Source of the DNA: Lama glama
Taxonomy: Eukaryota
DNA: 64,000 nt
Direction: 5' to 3'
NCBI GenBank assembly: GCA_028534125.1
Contig: CM052817.1
Span: forward strand, 25,174,001-25,238,000
In this document: positions 35,928 to 48,579 of the stretch, one piece after another
How positions within the stretch are numbered: position 1 is the first letter of the stretch
How the letters are laid out: every line of letters begins with the position of its first letter
Translations under genes and position numbers: made by a program
Notes under the pieces: model-generated
What the model was told of the DNA's origin: nothing
Database searches by the model: none
What the model saw: only the letters and a program-made list of their open reading frames with translations

Positions 35928-36868
35928 AATCTGATAAGGGATTAATATCCAGACTATATGGAGAACTCCTAAAACTCAACAACAAAAGCACAAACAGCCA
36001 GATTCAAAAGTGGGCAAAAAATGTGAATAGTCATTTTGCTAAAGAAGATATACAGTTCGGCAATAAGCACATGAAAAGATACTCATCACTCATCATCAGG
36101 GAGATGCAAATCAGAACTCACTGATTTGCACACCCATCAGGATGCCTACTATCAAAAACACAGAATACAAATGTTGGTAAGGACGTGGAGAAACTGGAAC
36201 CCTTGTGTACAGGTGGTGCGAATGTAAAATGTTACAGCTGCTGTGAAAACAGCATGGTGATCTTCAAAAAAACTAATAATAGAATTATCATGTAATCCAG
36301 CAATTCCTCTTCTGGTTATATATACAAACAAATTGAAAGCAAGGTCTCGAAGAGATATTTGTCCACTTGTGTCCATTTCAGCATTATTCACAAGAGCTGA
36401 AATGTGAACGCAACCTAAGTGTCCACCGATGGGTACATGGATAACCAAAATGCGATATGTACATACACAATGGAATATTATTCAGCCTTTAAAAGGAAAG
36501 AAAATCTGCAATATGCTACAAAATGGATGAATCTTGAGGACATTATACTAAGTGAAATAAGCCAGTCAAGTAAGACAAATACTGTATGATTCCACTTATA
36601 TGAGGTACTTAGAGTCATCAGAATCATAGTGACAGAAAGTAGTATGGTGATTGCCAGGGGCTGGGGGAAAGGGTGAATGAGGAATTATTACTTCAAGGAT
36701 ACAGAGTCCAAGTTTTATAAAACAAGGAATTCTGGAAATGGAAGGTAGTGATTGTGCACAAAAATAAGGGTATATTTAATACCATTTAATTGCACACTTA
36801 TAAATGGTGAAGATGGTAAATTTTATGTTAAATGTATTTTACCACAATACAATAAATTGGAAAAAAAA
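35928..36868 (+). mobile_element. L1 (L1MA/MB-type) 3' fragment
   Basis: Peptide [19 protein letters not shown]...[35 protein letters not shown] is L1 ORF2; 3' UTR ends with an A run. Confidence 0.93.
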
Positions 36869-37014
36869 GTCTTCTCTAAAATTTATGGTCCCAGCTAAAT
36901 ACCATGAGAATGAAAAATCTGGAATATGCCTTTTCAAATTGCTCATATTCAACATCAGAAAACTTTATTAATAGTAAATTTTACCATGCAAAATAATAAT
37001 CATAGTAATGATAA

Positions 37015-37038
37015 TCATCATCATCATCATCATCATCA
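37015..37038. repeat. (CAT)n trinucleotide repeat
   Basis: Read directly; gives poly-His in a chance ORF. Confidence 0.9.
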
Positions 37039-37177
37039 CAACCCTGGAAAATCTTGCTTTTTGATACTTTCAGTTAAAAAGGTAAAAAGTAACAAAGAGT
37101 ATGTTACTATTAATGCCAACAGTAGGTTACAAGTTTTAATTTAAATACATTTGTTAAATATCTAAAAAAATATAAGT

Positions 37178-37558
37178 TTGGGTCCTAACCCCTAGAACTT
37201 CAGAATGTGACCTTATTTGCAGACAGGGTCTTTACAAAGGTCATCAAGTTAAAATGTGTTTCTTAGGGTGGACTCTAATCTAGCGTGACTGGTGGCCTTA
37301 TAAAAAGGGGACATTTGGACACAGACAGACAGACATAAAGGATGGATGATATGAAGACACAAGAGGAAAGATGACCATCCCCAAGCCACGGAGAGGGGCC
37401 TGGAACAGCCCCTTCCCTCACAGCTTCAGATAGAACCAGCCCTGCAGACGCCTTGATCTTGGATTTGTAGCCTCCATTATTGTGGGACAATAAATTTCTA
37501 CCGTTGAAGTCAAACATTTCGTGGTGCTTTGTTACAGCAGTCCTAGTAATCTAACACA
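37178..37558 (+). mobile_element. MaLR LTR, MLT1B-like
   Basis: gtcctaacccctagaacttcagaatgtgaccttatttg...gggacaataaatttct...ttgttacagcagtcctagtaatctaacaca. Confidence 0.9.
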
Positions 37559-39240
37559 AGGGCCAATGGGTGGTGCTGTGACATATCCGTCAGGCTGTCT
37601 TGTCAACAGTGTAGAGAATCTGGAGGGTCCCCACTCATCTCCAGTCCCTCCTGTGAGGAACCATTGTAAACCCACAGCCTGTGGGGCCGGGAAGACAGCC
37701 TCTGCTTTTGTCGGTCTGATCTGTGTCCATCCTTTCCCGTGTCTAGGACAGCGGCGGCCCCTGGCCTTCCTCCCTGCAGTAACCTTGATCTTCTGCGTTC
37801 TTTCAATGCCCAGTGGCGATGGGAAGGATGTGAACCTCCTTTGGTGGAAGAATCCTATGTGGAAATTGCATTGACCATGACCTCTCTGTCAGTCAGACAC
37901 TATGCTACTTTCTGGGAATTGTCACTCACCATCCTCTAAGCAACAGTAACAGGCAATTACTGCTTAAAACCTTGCCCCTACCATATCATTTGGGTTTTAC
38001 TTGGGCATCTAGACAGGTTTCTCCTTGTGAAACAGCTAGTGCCCCGTCAGGGATGGGCACAGAATCCCAGCTTGCAGCAGCCGCAGCTGGTTCTGGTTTA
38101 GGGAGGGGCCTAGGTTTATAGGCCAAATCTATCCAGTTGAAACCTCTGGATTCTCAGTCACACCAGAGCTAGATGTAGATGGTTTAGCACAGCCCACCAC
38201 CGTCTCCAGAAAACCAATTCAAAATGCACTATATGCTCTCTTTTTTTTTTTTTTTGGTAAGACTGCAAATAAGTAAGATTATATATTTGTGCTGATTGGT
38301 ATTTTCCTAAAAATCAGAGGTAGGATTGAAAAATAAAAATGATCACCAGTGAAGGAGAAAAAAAGTTGGAAAAAGAAGATGAAGGGGAAGGAGGTGGCAG
38401 CAAGACTTCTCAGGTGTACTAGGCTGTAGAATTGTGACTTTTCAATCATGTAAATGAATTACCCTCAAAATTTATTAAAATAAAAATTTAATTAAATCTA
38501 TGGAAAAGGACCTCCAAGTCCCTTTGATAATGGTACATACCCTATATAATTTGTAAAAAGTTCCCTTACTTTAAATACTTACTTTACCCTATGTTTTAAT
38601 TGTGACAGTTCATTTGTTTTGGCATCAATGCGAGCCTGCAGAACCTGTTGGTTCATGGCAGAATGGGCATTAAACGCTGGGGTAGGATTTGGGAGACCCT
38701 GACCTCTTCGTTTGGGCTTCATAGGGAGCCAGGTGAGTGGCCTGGGACAAGTTATCTTTCTTCTCTGCAACTCACCTCTTCATCTGTAACACCAGCTAAT
38801 TCCACCACTTTCCGAATGAATCTCACTTGCACCGAGCATTTTGCTGAGGGGGTTGTTAATTTTTTTTTTTTCAAATATAAGAAAAGGAGGCAGAATCTAC
38901 TCTTTTCATCTGGGCCGGAAAACGAACTCTCGTTCTGCAAACAAATGACAAGTTTTAGGAATGCTTGGGGCTGGCTTAAAATCCGTAGGCTTCTAATCCT
39001 CTCCCTCTCCTACCCTAAAAACACACAAAATTAAGGAAGAGGCAAGAAAGGTGGCAAGATTTTTGAAAAGAGGTTTCAAGAATGAGACAGGAAAAACAAG
39101 AAAATAAATAGCACAATGTGTCCTGACGTGTTATTGAGTTTCCCGTCAGGGTTTTTTTTTTTTCTCTCCTCCTAGAAAAACATGCAGGATTTTGTCTCCT
39201 CTTCACAGAAACTGGGAAGGAAAGTTGGACAGAAACCCCA

Positions 39241-39525
39241 GCGCTGTAAAACTTCTTTGTGCGGCCGGCACCGCGTGCTCTCTTGCATTCCCTGCAGAAG
39301 CCAACCTACAATGTGGCAAGCCTGTGAAGCCAGGAAGGGAGGCGTAACCTGAGAACCGCGCAGGGCCGCGCCCCGGGCGCGGGGGGCGGGGCCTCGGCTC
39401 CTCGGCGCCCCGCCCCCGTGGCCCCGCCCATGGCCGCCGGGGGAAAGGAGGCGAGACCTACATTTCAAAAGGCAGGAACCGACCAACTGCAGAGAGCCGC
39501 AAATGCCCGGGGAGAATTCCCATCT
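39241..39525. promoter_or_regulatory. Small CpG island, promoter- or enhancer-like
   Basis: Highest CpG density in the window; GC boxes at 39383-39392, 39408-39417 and 39421-39429; YY1-like catggccgcc at 39429-39438; NF-kB-like gggagaattccc at 39510-39521. Confidence 0.75.
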
Positions 39526-39657
39526 GTGAGGTCAAATCTAGGTCAGAAGAATTACCTAATCATCTCTGAAAACCCCCTAATTTAGGGGGTCGAGCCAGGC
39601 TGGCAGCACCCCAAATCATGAACTAAATCTAACTTGATCTTTAGAAATGGAACCTAG

Positions 39658-39659
<2 letters not shown>

Positions 39660-39691
<32 letters not shown>
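39660..39691. repeat. (TG)n microsatellite
   Basis: Read directly. Confidence 0.97.
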
Positions 39692-39693
<2 letters not shown>

Positions 39694-39830
39694 CTTTTGC
39701 CTGAGCCAGTTTTTCTGGTGGCATTTTTGTTACTTCCTGTTTGTGACTGAGCTTCCTTACACTACTTCCTTTTTAGAGGTTTGAGTTGACTCCATCACCC
39801 TTTCTACTCAGTTGTATGGACGAGGGAGGG

Positions 39831-39864
39831 GTGTGTATGTATGTGTGTGTGTGTGTGTGTGTGT
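39831..39864. repeat. (TG)n microsatellite, imperfect start
   Basis: Read directly. Confidence 0.93.
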
Positions 39865-39899
39865 TGGATTGAAAGGGAAAGAAATAAAAACGACTCACA

Positions 39900-40115
39900 T
39901 TAAATTTTTCTGTTATGAGGCTCTTTCTCACACATACACATGCCTTCATTTACTCTCCACAACAACACTGGAGGTGGGCCATATTATCACGCCCAAATTA
40001 CAGGTAAAGAAACTGAGGCTTAAAACGGTTACAGTGTCCAAGGTCACTCATCAGACAAGAAAGTGAAACCTGAATCAGTCTCCGATTCTGAGTCCAAATC
40101 CGAAGCTCTTTCCAT
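39900..40115 (-). mobile_element. MIR SINE
   Basis: ttacaggtaaagaaactgaggctta...gtccaaggtcac. Confidence 0.8.
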
Positions 40116-42019
40116 TTACTTAGCTCGTAGCGGGGGAAACCTAAATTTAATTTATTTGGCAAAATTCTATTCAGGAAGGATTTATTTATTCAGTCTTTAT
40201 TACAGAGTTTATTCCTGAAATGTAAAGACAAGACTTAGCGAGGGCCCTTCACTGGAGCAGTGGAAGAATTCTTAAGGATCTACCGTTTCATTTTTTGGCA
40301 ATTTCTCTGCAGTCTTACGACATGGCTCTTCCAGGCCCAGGCTGGGGCGGCCCAGGGTCTCCCTAGCCAGGGGTGCCTTGTCAGCATCAGGCAGTAGGGG
40401 GAGCATGTGCGCAAGAAGAGGGAAGCGGCTCCACTCAGGCAGGAAATGTCTGAGACCATGTCCTTAACAGGCCTGGGTTGGAAAAGTTTTTTTCTTTCTG
40501 CTGACTGAATGCTTACAACTGCAGCCTCCTCTGCAAAGATCTGTGCTTACAGACTCATTGGGTGGGAACAACCAGCCTTGGGGAGTTGTAGGACTAGGTC
40601 ACCTCTCTGCCCGCTGGGTCAAAAGTAAGAAAAGCTTCCACATTGCCACTGGGGAGGGGCCCCAGGCTCTGGGCCTCTGCAGGTCAGAGAAGGCCTTGGA
40701 AGCTTTGCCTCTATGTAGGGGGGGGGGGGGAGGGCGAAGACACAGAGGCCCAGACGATGAGCTACCCTGCGTCCAAAACCTGCCTGAGAGGACAGGAATG
40801 TGTGCAGTTGGTAGCAAAGAATTAGAAGGTACACGGCAGGAAGGGAGAGATTGGCTTTTTTTTTTTTTTTAACTGTATCTCCACCTTCCAGAACAGTGCA
40901 GGTGGATGCTTGGCCTTCCCGCGCTTTTGAGGAGTCATTCCCATTGACATAGTCTGTTACCTTATGGTGCATTTTGACAAAGGCCTTGAAGTCAGATGGA
41001 AAAGAAGCAGTATCTCTGGCACCATGTGGCCCTGTGCCCAGAGTGAGACTGGGGAGGAGTTCTGAGGCCTGGGTGGTTCTGGAGGAACTGAGCCCTGACA
41101 GGTCACTTTTACTCCAGGGTAAAGTGTTCACTCATTTTTTCCCTTCTCCATCATAACTAATCTCTTAACCTGAGGGGGAAAAAGTGGTAGAAGGGAAGAG
41201 ATACCTTGAGGGTTAGCTGGCAACAATCCCCTTCCTAGTAAAAGAGAGAAGCAGAAAGTTGATGTTTGCTTATACTTTGGATTTATATGCAGAAGATAAT
41301 TGATATTCTCTTGTTAATGGTGCTTATTTACAAAAAACATTGTTTTGGCCTTGGTTCCAAATACGCATGAAATTTTACTCTCATACACATGCCCCTGTAA
41401 TTTTTTTTTTTTGGTTTAAAATGTTGATTTAAAAAAAATGGGTACTTTTCTAGACCAGTAGAAAAGACTTAACCAAATTTGTTGTAAAACTACTGTGCAG
41501 ATATCCTGCCTCCATGCTGTTCCAGGGGGAGCACTCCATTCACTGTGAATAAGTCTAAAAGATGTAATCAGGAGAACCAAGATGAAAATAGTCAAAACGG
41601 TGAGTTGATGGCTGTCATGTTTTTTGGATTTTCATTTTTCTCAGGGTTTCCTCTAATATAGAGTAATACCTATGTATTCCCAACATAAAATGATCCCTGT
41701 GTGTTGAGTTGGTATATTATAAGGAATTAAGTAATCTTCTGGAGTATTTATTTCTCATGACCCATCAAAAGTTTTACTTTACATTGGCCAATACTCTGGT
41801 GCAAGAAATTCATTTATTTATCCTCCCGGGATGGGGTTCCCTCTCTGTGCTAGGCATAGGAAGCAGAGGTGAAGACCCAGCCTCAAAGAACTCAGTCTGG
41901 TAAGCAAGACCTTATGTTCCGTTGTATGTGGGTTTACATCAGGAAGTGACAGGAAGAGTGTTAATACTGACAGCATTGAGGAAGAAAGGCTTCATTCCAT
42001 CTGAATGAGTTTGTACTTA

Positions 42020-42205
42020 TAGGGGTCAAGAGCCCAGGCACTGGGTACAGGCCACTAGGACTGAATCGTGGCTTTATTATTTTCTAGCTGTGTGGCTAGG
42101 GCAAGTTTCTGAACCTATCTGAGCCCGGTTTCAACATCTATATAATATGGGAAGAATAGTGGGACCCACATCATTTTTTGTGAGGATTCAACAGGATGCA
42201 TTCAA
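42020..42205 (+). mobile_element. MIR SINE
   Basis: tagctgtgtggctagggcaagtttctgaacctatctgagcccggtttcaacatctata. Confidence 0.82.
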
Positions 42206-42379
42206 TGTGTGTTGATGATAAGATGCTGGTGGGGGAGGTGGAGATGCGAGGGTCAGGGATTCAGTGAGTAAAGGAGGAAAATGTGGAAGAGTGAAGAACT
42301 TTCCAGCTAGGGTCCCGTGCTGTATTTTAACATGCCCCCAGGTGATTCTAATGCAAAATGAAGTTCAAGAACCAGTGAG

Positions 42380-42710
42380 CCGTGGTTAGCTGTGGATTTT
42401 AAGTAAGGGAATGGCATGCTTGGATTTTCATATTTGGAGAGAACACATTGGTGGCTGTAGGAAGGATGGATTAGAGGTAAGAGACATGAAGCAAAGACAA
42501 CTGGTTAAGAGTCTACCGAGTTCACGTGAGAGATGATGGAGACTTGAGCTCGGGTCACGGTGGTGGAAATAAGCAGAAGGATGTACGGTATGCGACAGTG
42601 GTGAAACAAAGGTAGTGGAAGAGGGGTACCTAGAAGACATTAAAGCATAGCATCAACCAGACTTAATCATTGGATTTAGGGGTGGGGAAGAGGAGGAGGC
42701 AGGATGAGTC
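42380..42710 (-). mobile_element. L2 fragment
   Basis: ggattttaagtaagggaatggcatg...ttggtggctgtaggaaggatggattagagg...gtgagagatgatggagacttg. Confidence 0.7.
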
Positions 42711-43287
42711 TGGGGATGGTGAACACAGGGCTTTTAATACCAATGACTAAATGGTGCCTCTGCCGTCTTGCTGACACCACTCATCTGCCCCTCCCTCTCC
42801 CTCCTTCATCACTGCCAAGGTGACTGACAGCACAGATCGGCATCCTTGCAGGAGGTCTGGTTCTCTTCTGGAATGCACTGCTCTGTCCAACCACAGCCAT
42901 CGCCTCCCCCACCGCCCCCCACGGCCAAGGGAGTCATTCCACCAGCCAGTGGTTACTGCCACATAGGCCGATGAGTCACTCTCTCAGAATGGCCGGTGGC
43001 CAATGTACTTCTCTCATCCACAGCTGGGGAGCACTTCCAGGACCTGCCCCTAAGGCCCCCCAAAACACTTTGACCTACCCTTCCGTGCAGGGTCTCTTGG
43101 CAGAGCCAGCCACCCACATCTCCAGATTGGAGACTCTCTAGTCCAAAATTACACTCAAATTACTGCTCTGTCTACATTTTAACTCAGATTATCAACTTAC
43201 TATTGCTTTATTATTGCCACAGCTAAGGAGGAAAGAGGGAAGGCAGTAGTGGCTCCTGCTAACAGGGACACGCCTTTCCTTTAAAGC

Positions 43288-43470
43288 CATGTTTCTCAAA
43301 GTGTGGTTCACGTACCACCCGCTGCATCACAAGCACTTGAAGTTTTGGTAGAAATGCAGATTCCTGAGTCCTACCTTGGACCTACTGAGTCACTGAGAGG
43401 TAGGGGTAGGGGGCTGGGTTAATTTACATTGTTAGTAAGCATCCCTAATGAGTCTTTAATTACCTAAAAA
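43288..43470 (+). mobile_element. MER5-family MITE
   Basis: gtttctcaaagtgtggttc...tagaaatgcagattcctgagtcctaccttggacctactgagtca. Confidence 0.78.
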
Positions 43471-44564
43471 GTGATAGTCGTGGCACCAGAATTCCTATGG
43501 TAATATTTCTGACCCACTGTGCAGCTGGAATGACCTCACGGTCTCGTGGGCCTTTCTAGCTTGCTTGGAGGAAGGCAGGGCCTCCTGTCCTCGTGGAGGA
43601 CACCCATCCTAAAGCTACCAGGTCAGTGCTGTTGTGGTTGCTGTTCTGTTCATGTCCTTGAGGCACTGGGGACAGCATGCAATAATGCCCAAGCACATAA
43701 AACAAGTCCAACGTATCTGTTTCAGAAGACAAATGCATCATCATATTCAAAATAATAGTGTTGGCTTACATTGCAATATTCCTCTTTCAAAATTGGACAC
43801 ACTTGATATGCTCCCAAATTCCAAAGAGTAGTGTCGACTTATCACCGCTAAAACATTTTTTAATTGTTTTTCTTGGTTGGAGTAATGGATTTTTCCTAAA
43901 GGGAGTCCTCTCTTTCCTTTTCCCCTTATTCCCCGAGACTGACCACAGTCAGCCAAGAAATCTGGCCTAAGTTGGATGCTTCGGTGCAAAGGTAGCTGAG
44001 CCCCTGATGACACCACAGGAAGGCACCACCATCCAAGAGCTTTGAACTCTGAGGAACATAGATGAGCAATAGGCACATGGATTCAAAAAGGATTCCAAAA
44101 AAGAAATCAGCTGGAGAGCTCTAGATAATTGGGTTTGGTTTCCTTGTTCGGCAAGTATTCATTGAGTTAAGGGTTGAGAGGATACAAGGTGGGAAAGGCG
44201 TGAGCCACACCCTTGCAGAGCGTACTGTACAGTGCAGCTGGCCAGAAGAAACATGCACTTCAAAATTAAATGTCAATACAAGGCAGTTAATGTCAATGAG
44301 TGGGTTGGGCATCAGATACTGGCAACAGTCAGAGGAGAGGGAGAGACATCGCCCAGGGCTGGAAGCCCAGGAAGGTTTAAAGCTGCCCTGAAGATCTGTG
44401 AAAGATAAGGAGAAACAGAAAGAAGCAATGGAGTTCTAGGTAGAGACAGAGTGAGCAAAAGACGCAGCGCTGGGAAGAGAAAGTCCCTGCTGGGGACAGT
44501 TAGTAAATGGCTCTGGATGAAGCCTGGGGCCAGGAGTGGGAATGGTAAGAGATGAAGGTCAGGT

Positions 44565-44790
44565 TTCATTTCTAAACATTTACCAAATACTTTTAATGCT
44601 TCAGGCACTGTGTTCAGACCTTGATTGACATCTTGTTTAAGTCTTGCAACAACACCGAGGAGTTGGTGTTATCCCATGTCCCATTTTAATATGAGGAGAC
44701 AGGGGCTCAGAGAGGATTGTAACCAGCCCAAAGTCACACAGCGAGTGAATGGAGGAGCCAGGGGGCAAACCCAGGTCTCCTGATGTCCAA
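44565..44790 (-). mobile_element. MIR SINE
   Basis: cccattttaatatgaggagacaggggctcagagagg...cccaaagtcacacagcgagtgaatggaggagcc. Confidence 0.82.
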
Positions 44791-45147
44791 AGTTTGTGTG
44801 GTTCATGGGGGATTTTTCATCCTTTTCTCCCTTCTCTAGACCATGTCGCTGCTTGCAGGAGAGGCTTAGCAGGGAGAATAAAGTCAGGCCAGGAGGCTGG
44901 GTGCTCCCTTCCATGCTAGTGGCCCACAGTTTCTGCCTGGCAAATCTGTATTTCTTGTCCCATTCACATGGCCTTGGGAGTGCTGTCAAGGCCAGAAAGG
45001 GTGGTCTAATACTCCCTCTTTGGCCCTCTTGGTCCATCTGCTTTATGTCTGTATTTTTTAGATTTTTGATATGTATTTCTTAAAAAGCAGAAAAATGACC
45101 ATAAAATTTTACCTACACCATACTAAACACTTTGCATACTCCATAGT

Positions 45148-45637
45148 CCTAGTTAGATTTTAGTTTAATAGTTAGTGACTGAAGATTCCCTCAAAATGGA
45201 TTTTTTCCAAAAGTTAGGTCATTCCTCTCTCTTCTGATGAATCCCAAGACAGGCAGCTTGGGATTTAAGGGCAGCTCCCTCATACTTCTCAGGAATCCAG
45301 GCTTCTTTCTTCTTGTTCCTCTACCACTGTTAGGGCATTGCCTCCTGGACCACAAGGGCTGCTTGAGCTCTAGCCATCACTTCCACATTCTAACCAGCAA
45401 GAAAAAGAAGAGGATAAGGAAGCATTTCTTTTTCAGTTGAAGGACCTAGAAGTTGACCACTACATCTCGATGTGTAACTCAATGGCCAGGATTCAGTCAA
45501 ATGGAACAACTAACTCTGGGGACACTCAGAGATGTAGTCTTTACTTCAGACAGATGTGTGCCTTGGTGAAAATCCATTACTAGAAAAAAATAGAGGGAAT
45601 AGATATATTGGCAGACATGTAGCAGGCCTCTGCCACA
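45148..45637 (-). mobile_element. Old MaLR LTR (MLT1J/K-like)
   Basis: caggaatccaggcttctttc...agccatcacttccacattctaaccagcaagaa...gatgtagtcttt...ctctgccaca. Confidence 0.6.
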
Positions 45638-45649
45638 GTCCTGTTAACT

Positions 45650-45822
45650 TATTTGATCTTTATTATCACACAGTCTTGTGAGGTGGATGTGAGTCTTATC
45701 CTCATCTTACAGATGAGAAAAATCAAGTCTCCCAGAGGTTAACTTGTTTACGGCCACACAGCCATTAAAGGAGAAGTTGGGACTGAACAGCATTCAGTGA
45801 ACACCCAAGCCTGTCTGACCCC
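45650..45822 (-). mobile_element. MIR SINE
   Basis: atcctcatcttacagatgagaaaaatcaagtctcccagaggttaacttg. Confidence 0.78.
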
Positions 45823-46645
45823 GACAGAGAATGGAGAAATTGATCGTACATTTCGCTCCTGCCCAGGCTGGGAGTGCTTTTTTTTTTCCTCTCTTTATTT
45901 TTTCCCAGCTGAGATGTAAACATACCCTTTATACCTTAATTCAGTTGAGAAAGAGTTAATAGTTTTCAAAATAAGTGTGGCTAGGAAACCAAGGAGAAAA
46001 AGAAACCACAAGGTAACGAAATGGCTGGGCCTGGCCGAGTGTGGCTGACACAGATTGAGTGTCCTGAGATAACTAATGGCCACCGGAGGACGGGCGGGGC
46101 TGGGCCAGCACAGGGGATGGCAGGCTCAGCTGAAAGGGCACACGGGCCTCTGCGCCTTGCCTGGCCTTCAACCAGTTGTCCTTGAATTTGCCTGAGGCAT
46201 ATCCATTAGCTAGATGTTTCCTCTAGCTTGACGAGATATTTGGCTTTGGTCTGGGCTGGTATCTGGGCCTTCCCCCACCGCCTCTCTGTCCTGACCCCGG
46301 TTCACAGAAAGCTGCTGTCTCTACCTTTTATAAACTGAGGGTCGTAGTGGACCACCACCAGCCCTGTGTCCAGGTCAAGGGGAACCCTCTAGCTTGCAGC
46401 AGATTAGCAAAGCAAAGATGGCCACCACACCTCAGCTTAATGAGTGTCCAAGACACAGTCAGAGCCTTTTCCCTCTCAGGTGCCCAGACTTATTTCCCCA
46501 GGTGCTCTCTGCAGATGGTTCAGGCACTCTGCCTCCGACCTGGGCAATGATTAACCAGAGAAAAGATAATCTTTGTCCATGTAGTGGCAGTGATCTCTGC
46601 AAAAAGCTGGTTCTCACACAGCCTGAGAGTGCTTTTTTTCCTGAA

Positions 46646-46798
46646 TTCTCTCTCTCTGTCTCAGATTCTCTCTCTTTCTCTCTTCCTTTCTTCCTTTCTC
46701 CCATCTCCTGTCTTTCTTTTTCTCCTTCTCCTGTCCTCCCCTCCTCCCTCCCTTCCTCTCTCCTTTCTTCCTTTCTTCCTTCCTTTCTCCCTTTCTCC

Positions 46799-46867
<69 letters not shown>

Positions 46868-46954
46868 TTCCTTCCTTCCTTCCTTCCTTCCTTCCTTCCT
46901 TCTTTCCTTCCTTCCTTTCTCTTCCTTCCTTTCCTGCCTCCCTCTCTCCTCCCT
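46646..46954. repeat. ~300-nt polypyrimidine tract with (TTTC)n and (TTCC)n arrays
   Basis: Read directly; explains the FFLS/ERKK low-complexity ORFs. Confidence 0.97.
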
Positions 46955-46973
46955 GTCAGTCTCTCACTCACAC

Positions 46974-46975
<2 letters not shown>

Positions 46976-47005
<30 letters not shown>
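46976..47005. repeat. (TG)n microsatellite
   Basis: Read directly. Confidence 0.97.
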
Positions 47006-47007
<2 letters not shown>

Positions 47008-48579
47008 GCTCTAGGAAAGCAGACACAGTGCCTGCACACAGTCCAGATGGACTCTGTGTTCACTGTGATGCCCAGCAGGCCCTCTGCACCTGCTCTAGGA
47101 GAAGCGAGCATGTTCCAAAAAGGCTCCTTGGAGGACATGGGCCTGGGCCCCCAAAATAAGTAGGTATGGAGACAAGAAAAATCTTCTGGAAACAGAATGA
47201 TTAGTTCCCTGGTTCCTCCTGGGCACTGCAGTCTCTTTTCCTGTGTTTAGGTGTCACACTCTTCTACAAAAAGATCAACAGCTACTTGGAGGCTAGGAAA
47301 GCCATCCGGGATGATGGTGGGCTCCAGTTCTCTCCAACCGCCCTCTGCTGCCACCCTGGCTAGCTAAGATTTATGATTTGTTTGAGAAATGATTTAAGAT
47401 CTTGTGCAGCTGTTTTTCTCTTTGTAGAAATTTTAGGCAACGTTCTGGAATGAACTGAGGTCTTCCACATCCTTATTCAGGCCTTTGGGACCGGGAAAGT
47501 CTTGGCCGGGACCATACACCTTCCAGATTTAGAGGCAAATACCTTAATCAGACCCAGCCCCACGTAACCCTAAATGTGCAACAAGAAAGCACTGCTGACT
47601 TCCTCCTTCTCCTGTGTACACAGCCGTTACCCAGATTGGGTGTCTATCTATCTGTTGTGCTGAAAAGAATGGATGCTTTGTTCTCTCCTCCGTGTTGGAA
47701 GGACTTTTATCCACCCTGACTTGTGAAGGCCCTGAACACTCCTTTGGGACCTTGTTCGTTTTCAGGGTTTACACGAGAGTCTTAAATTCAACACTCAGGG
47801 GAGATATCATTGATTGTCTAAGAGCTGTCAAAATCTCTTCTCTTCATGAAGAGTGACATGAAACAAAAACCAAAACCCGTGTCTGCTGTGTAGCTGGAAA
47901 GAGCCACAAATGTGTCACTGGGCAGCCAAGTCTGGCTTCTTTCTGGAAGATACGGTACACGCCAACATCCTCTTATCCAGTCTCTAAGAAGCTTTGCCAG
48001 GCTGGTGCAAGGATGAATGACATGGATTTTCTTTTCCTATCATCCAAGTCAACTCATTATTCCTCATTTCAAAACAGCAATTTAAAAAGATATTTTAAAC
48101 CATAACTTCAAGACAAAACCTGACCACCATGAAGGGTTTTGTGTTAGATCTGTGAAAGTCAATTACTTTACTGAGCCACAGATATTTTAAGTACTTTTTT
48201 CATTCAGCAGTTCCTTATTAAGCATATATCATATACATGGATTTATGACACATCCTGCTGGGAATGATAAGATATACAGGACCCTGGCTTTGGCCTTAGA
48301 AGCGAACAATCCAGTAATCATAATGGCTGCTGTCACCGAGCAGGTCATTTGTGCCAAGTGCTCCAGCTACCTCATGACAGCTGAAAACCCCATCTTTGTT
48401 ACCAGCAAATCAAGGCTGGGAGGAGTTAGATAGCTGTTCAAAGTTTACAAGAGCTAGAATTCAAATCCATGTCTGGGTGACTCCAGAACCCCCAAGGATA
48501 TCTACCCTCAGTAGCAAGGGTCCCCAGTGGTGGGGACTTCCCACCACTCTCTCCTGCCTCCCAATTTATCCAGGGAGGC

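Noticed and set aside
39172..39486. 104-aa minus-strand ORF across the CpG island
   Set aside because: Non-ATG start; G/R/P-rich composition expected from GC-rich DNA with few stops.
46394..47159. Longest non-gap ORFs (206, 191, 170 aa)
   Set aside because: They stay open only because they cross stop-free TTTC/TTCC/TG repeats; low-complexity translation.
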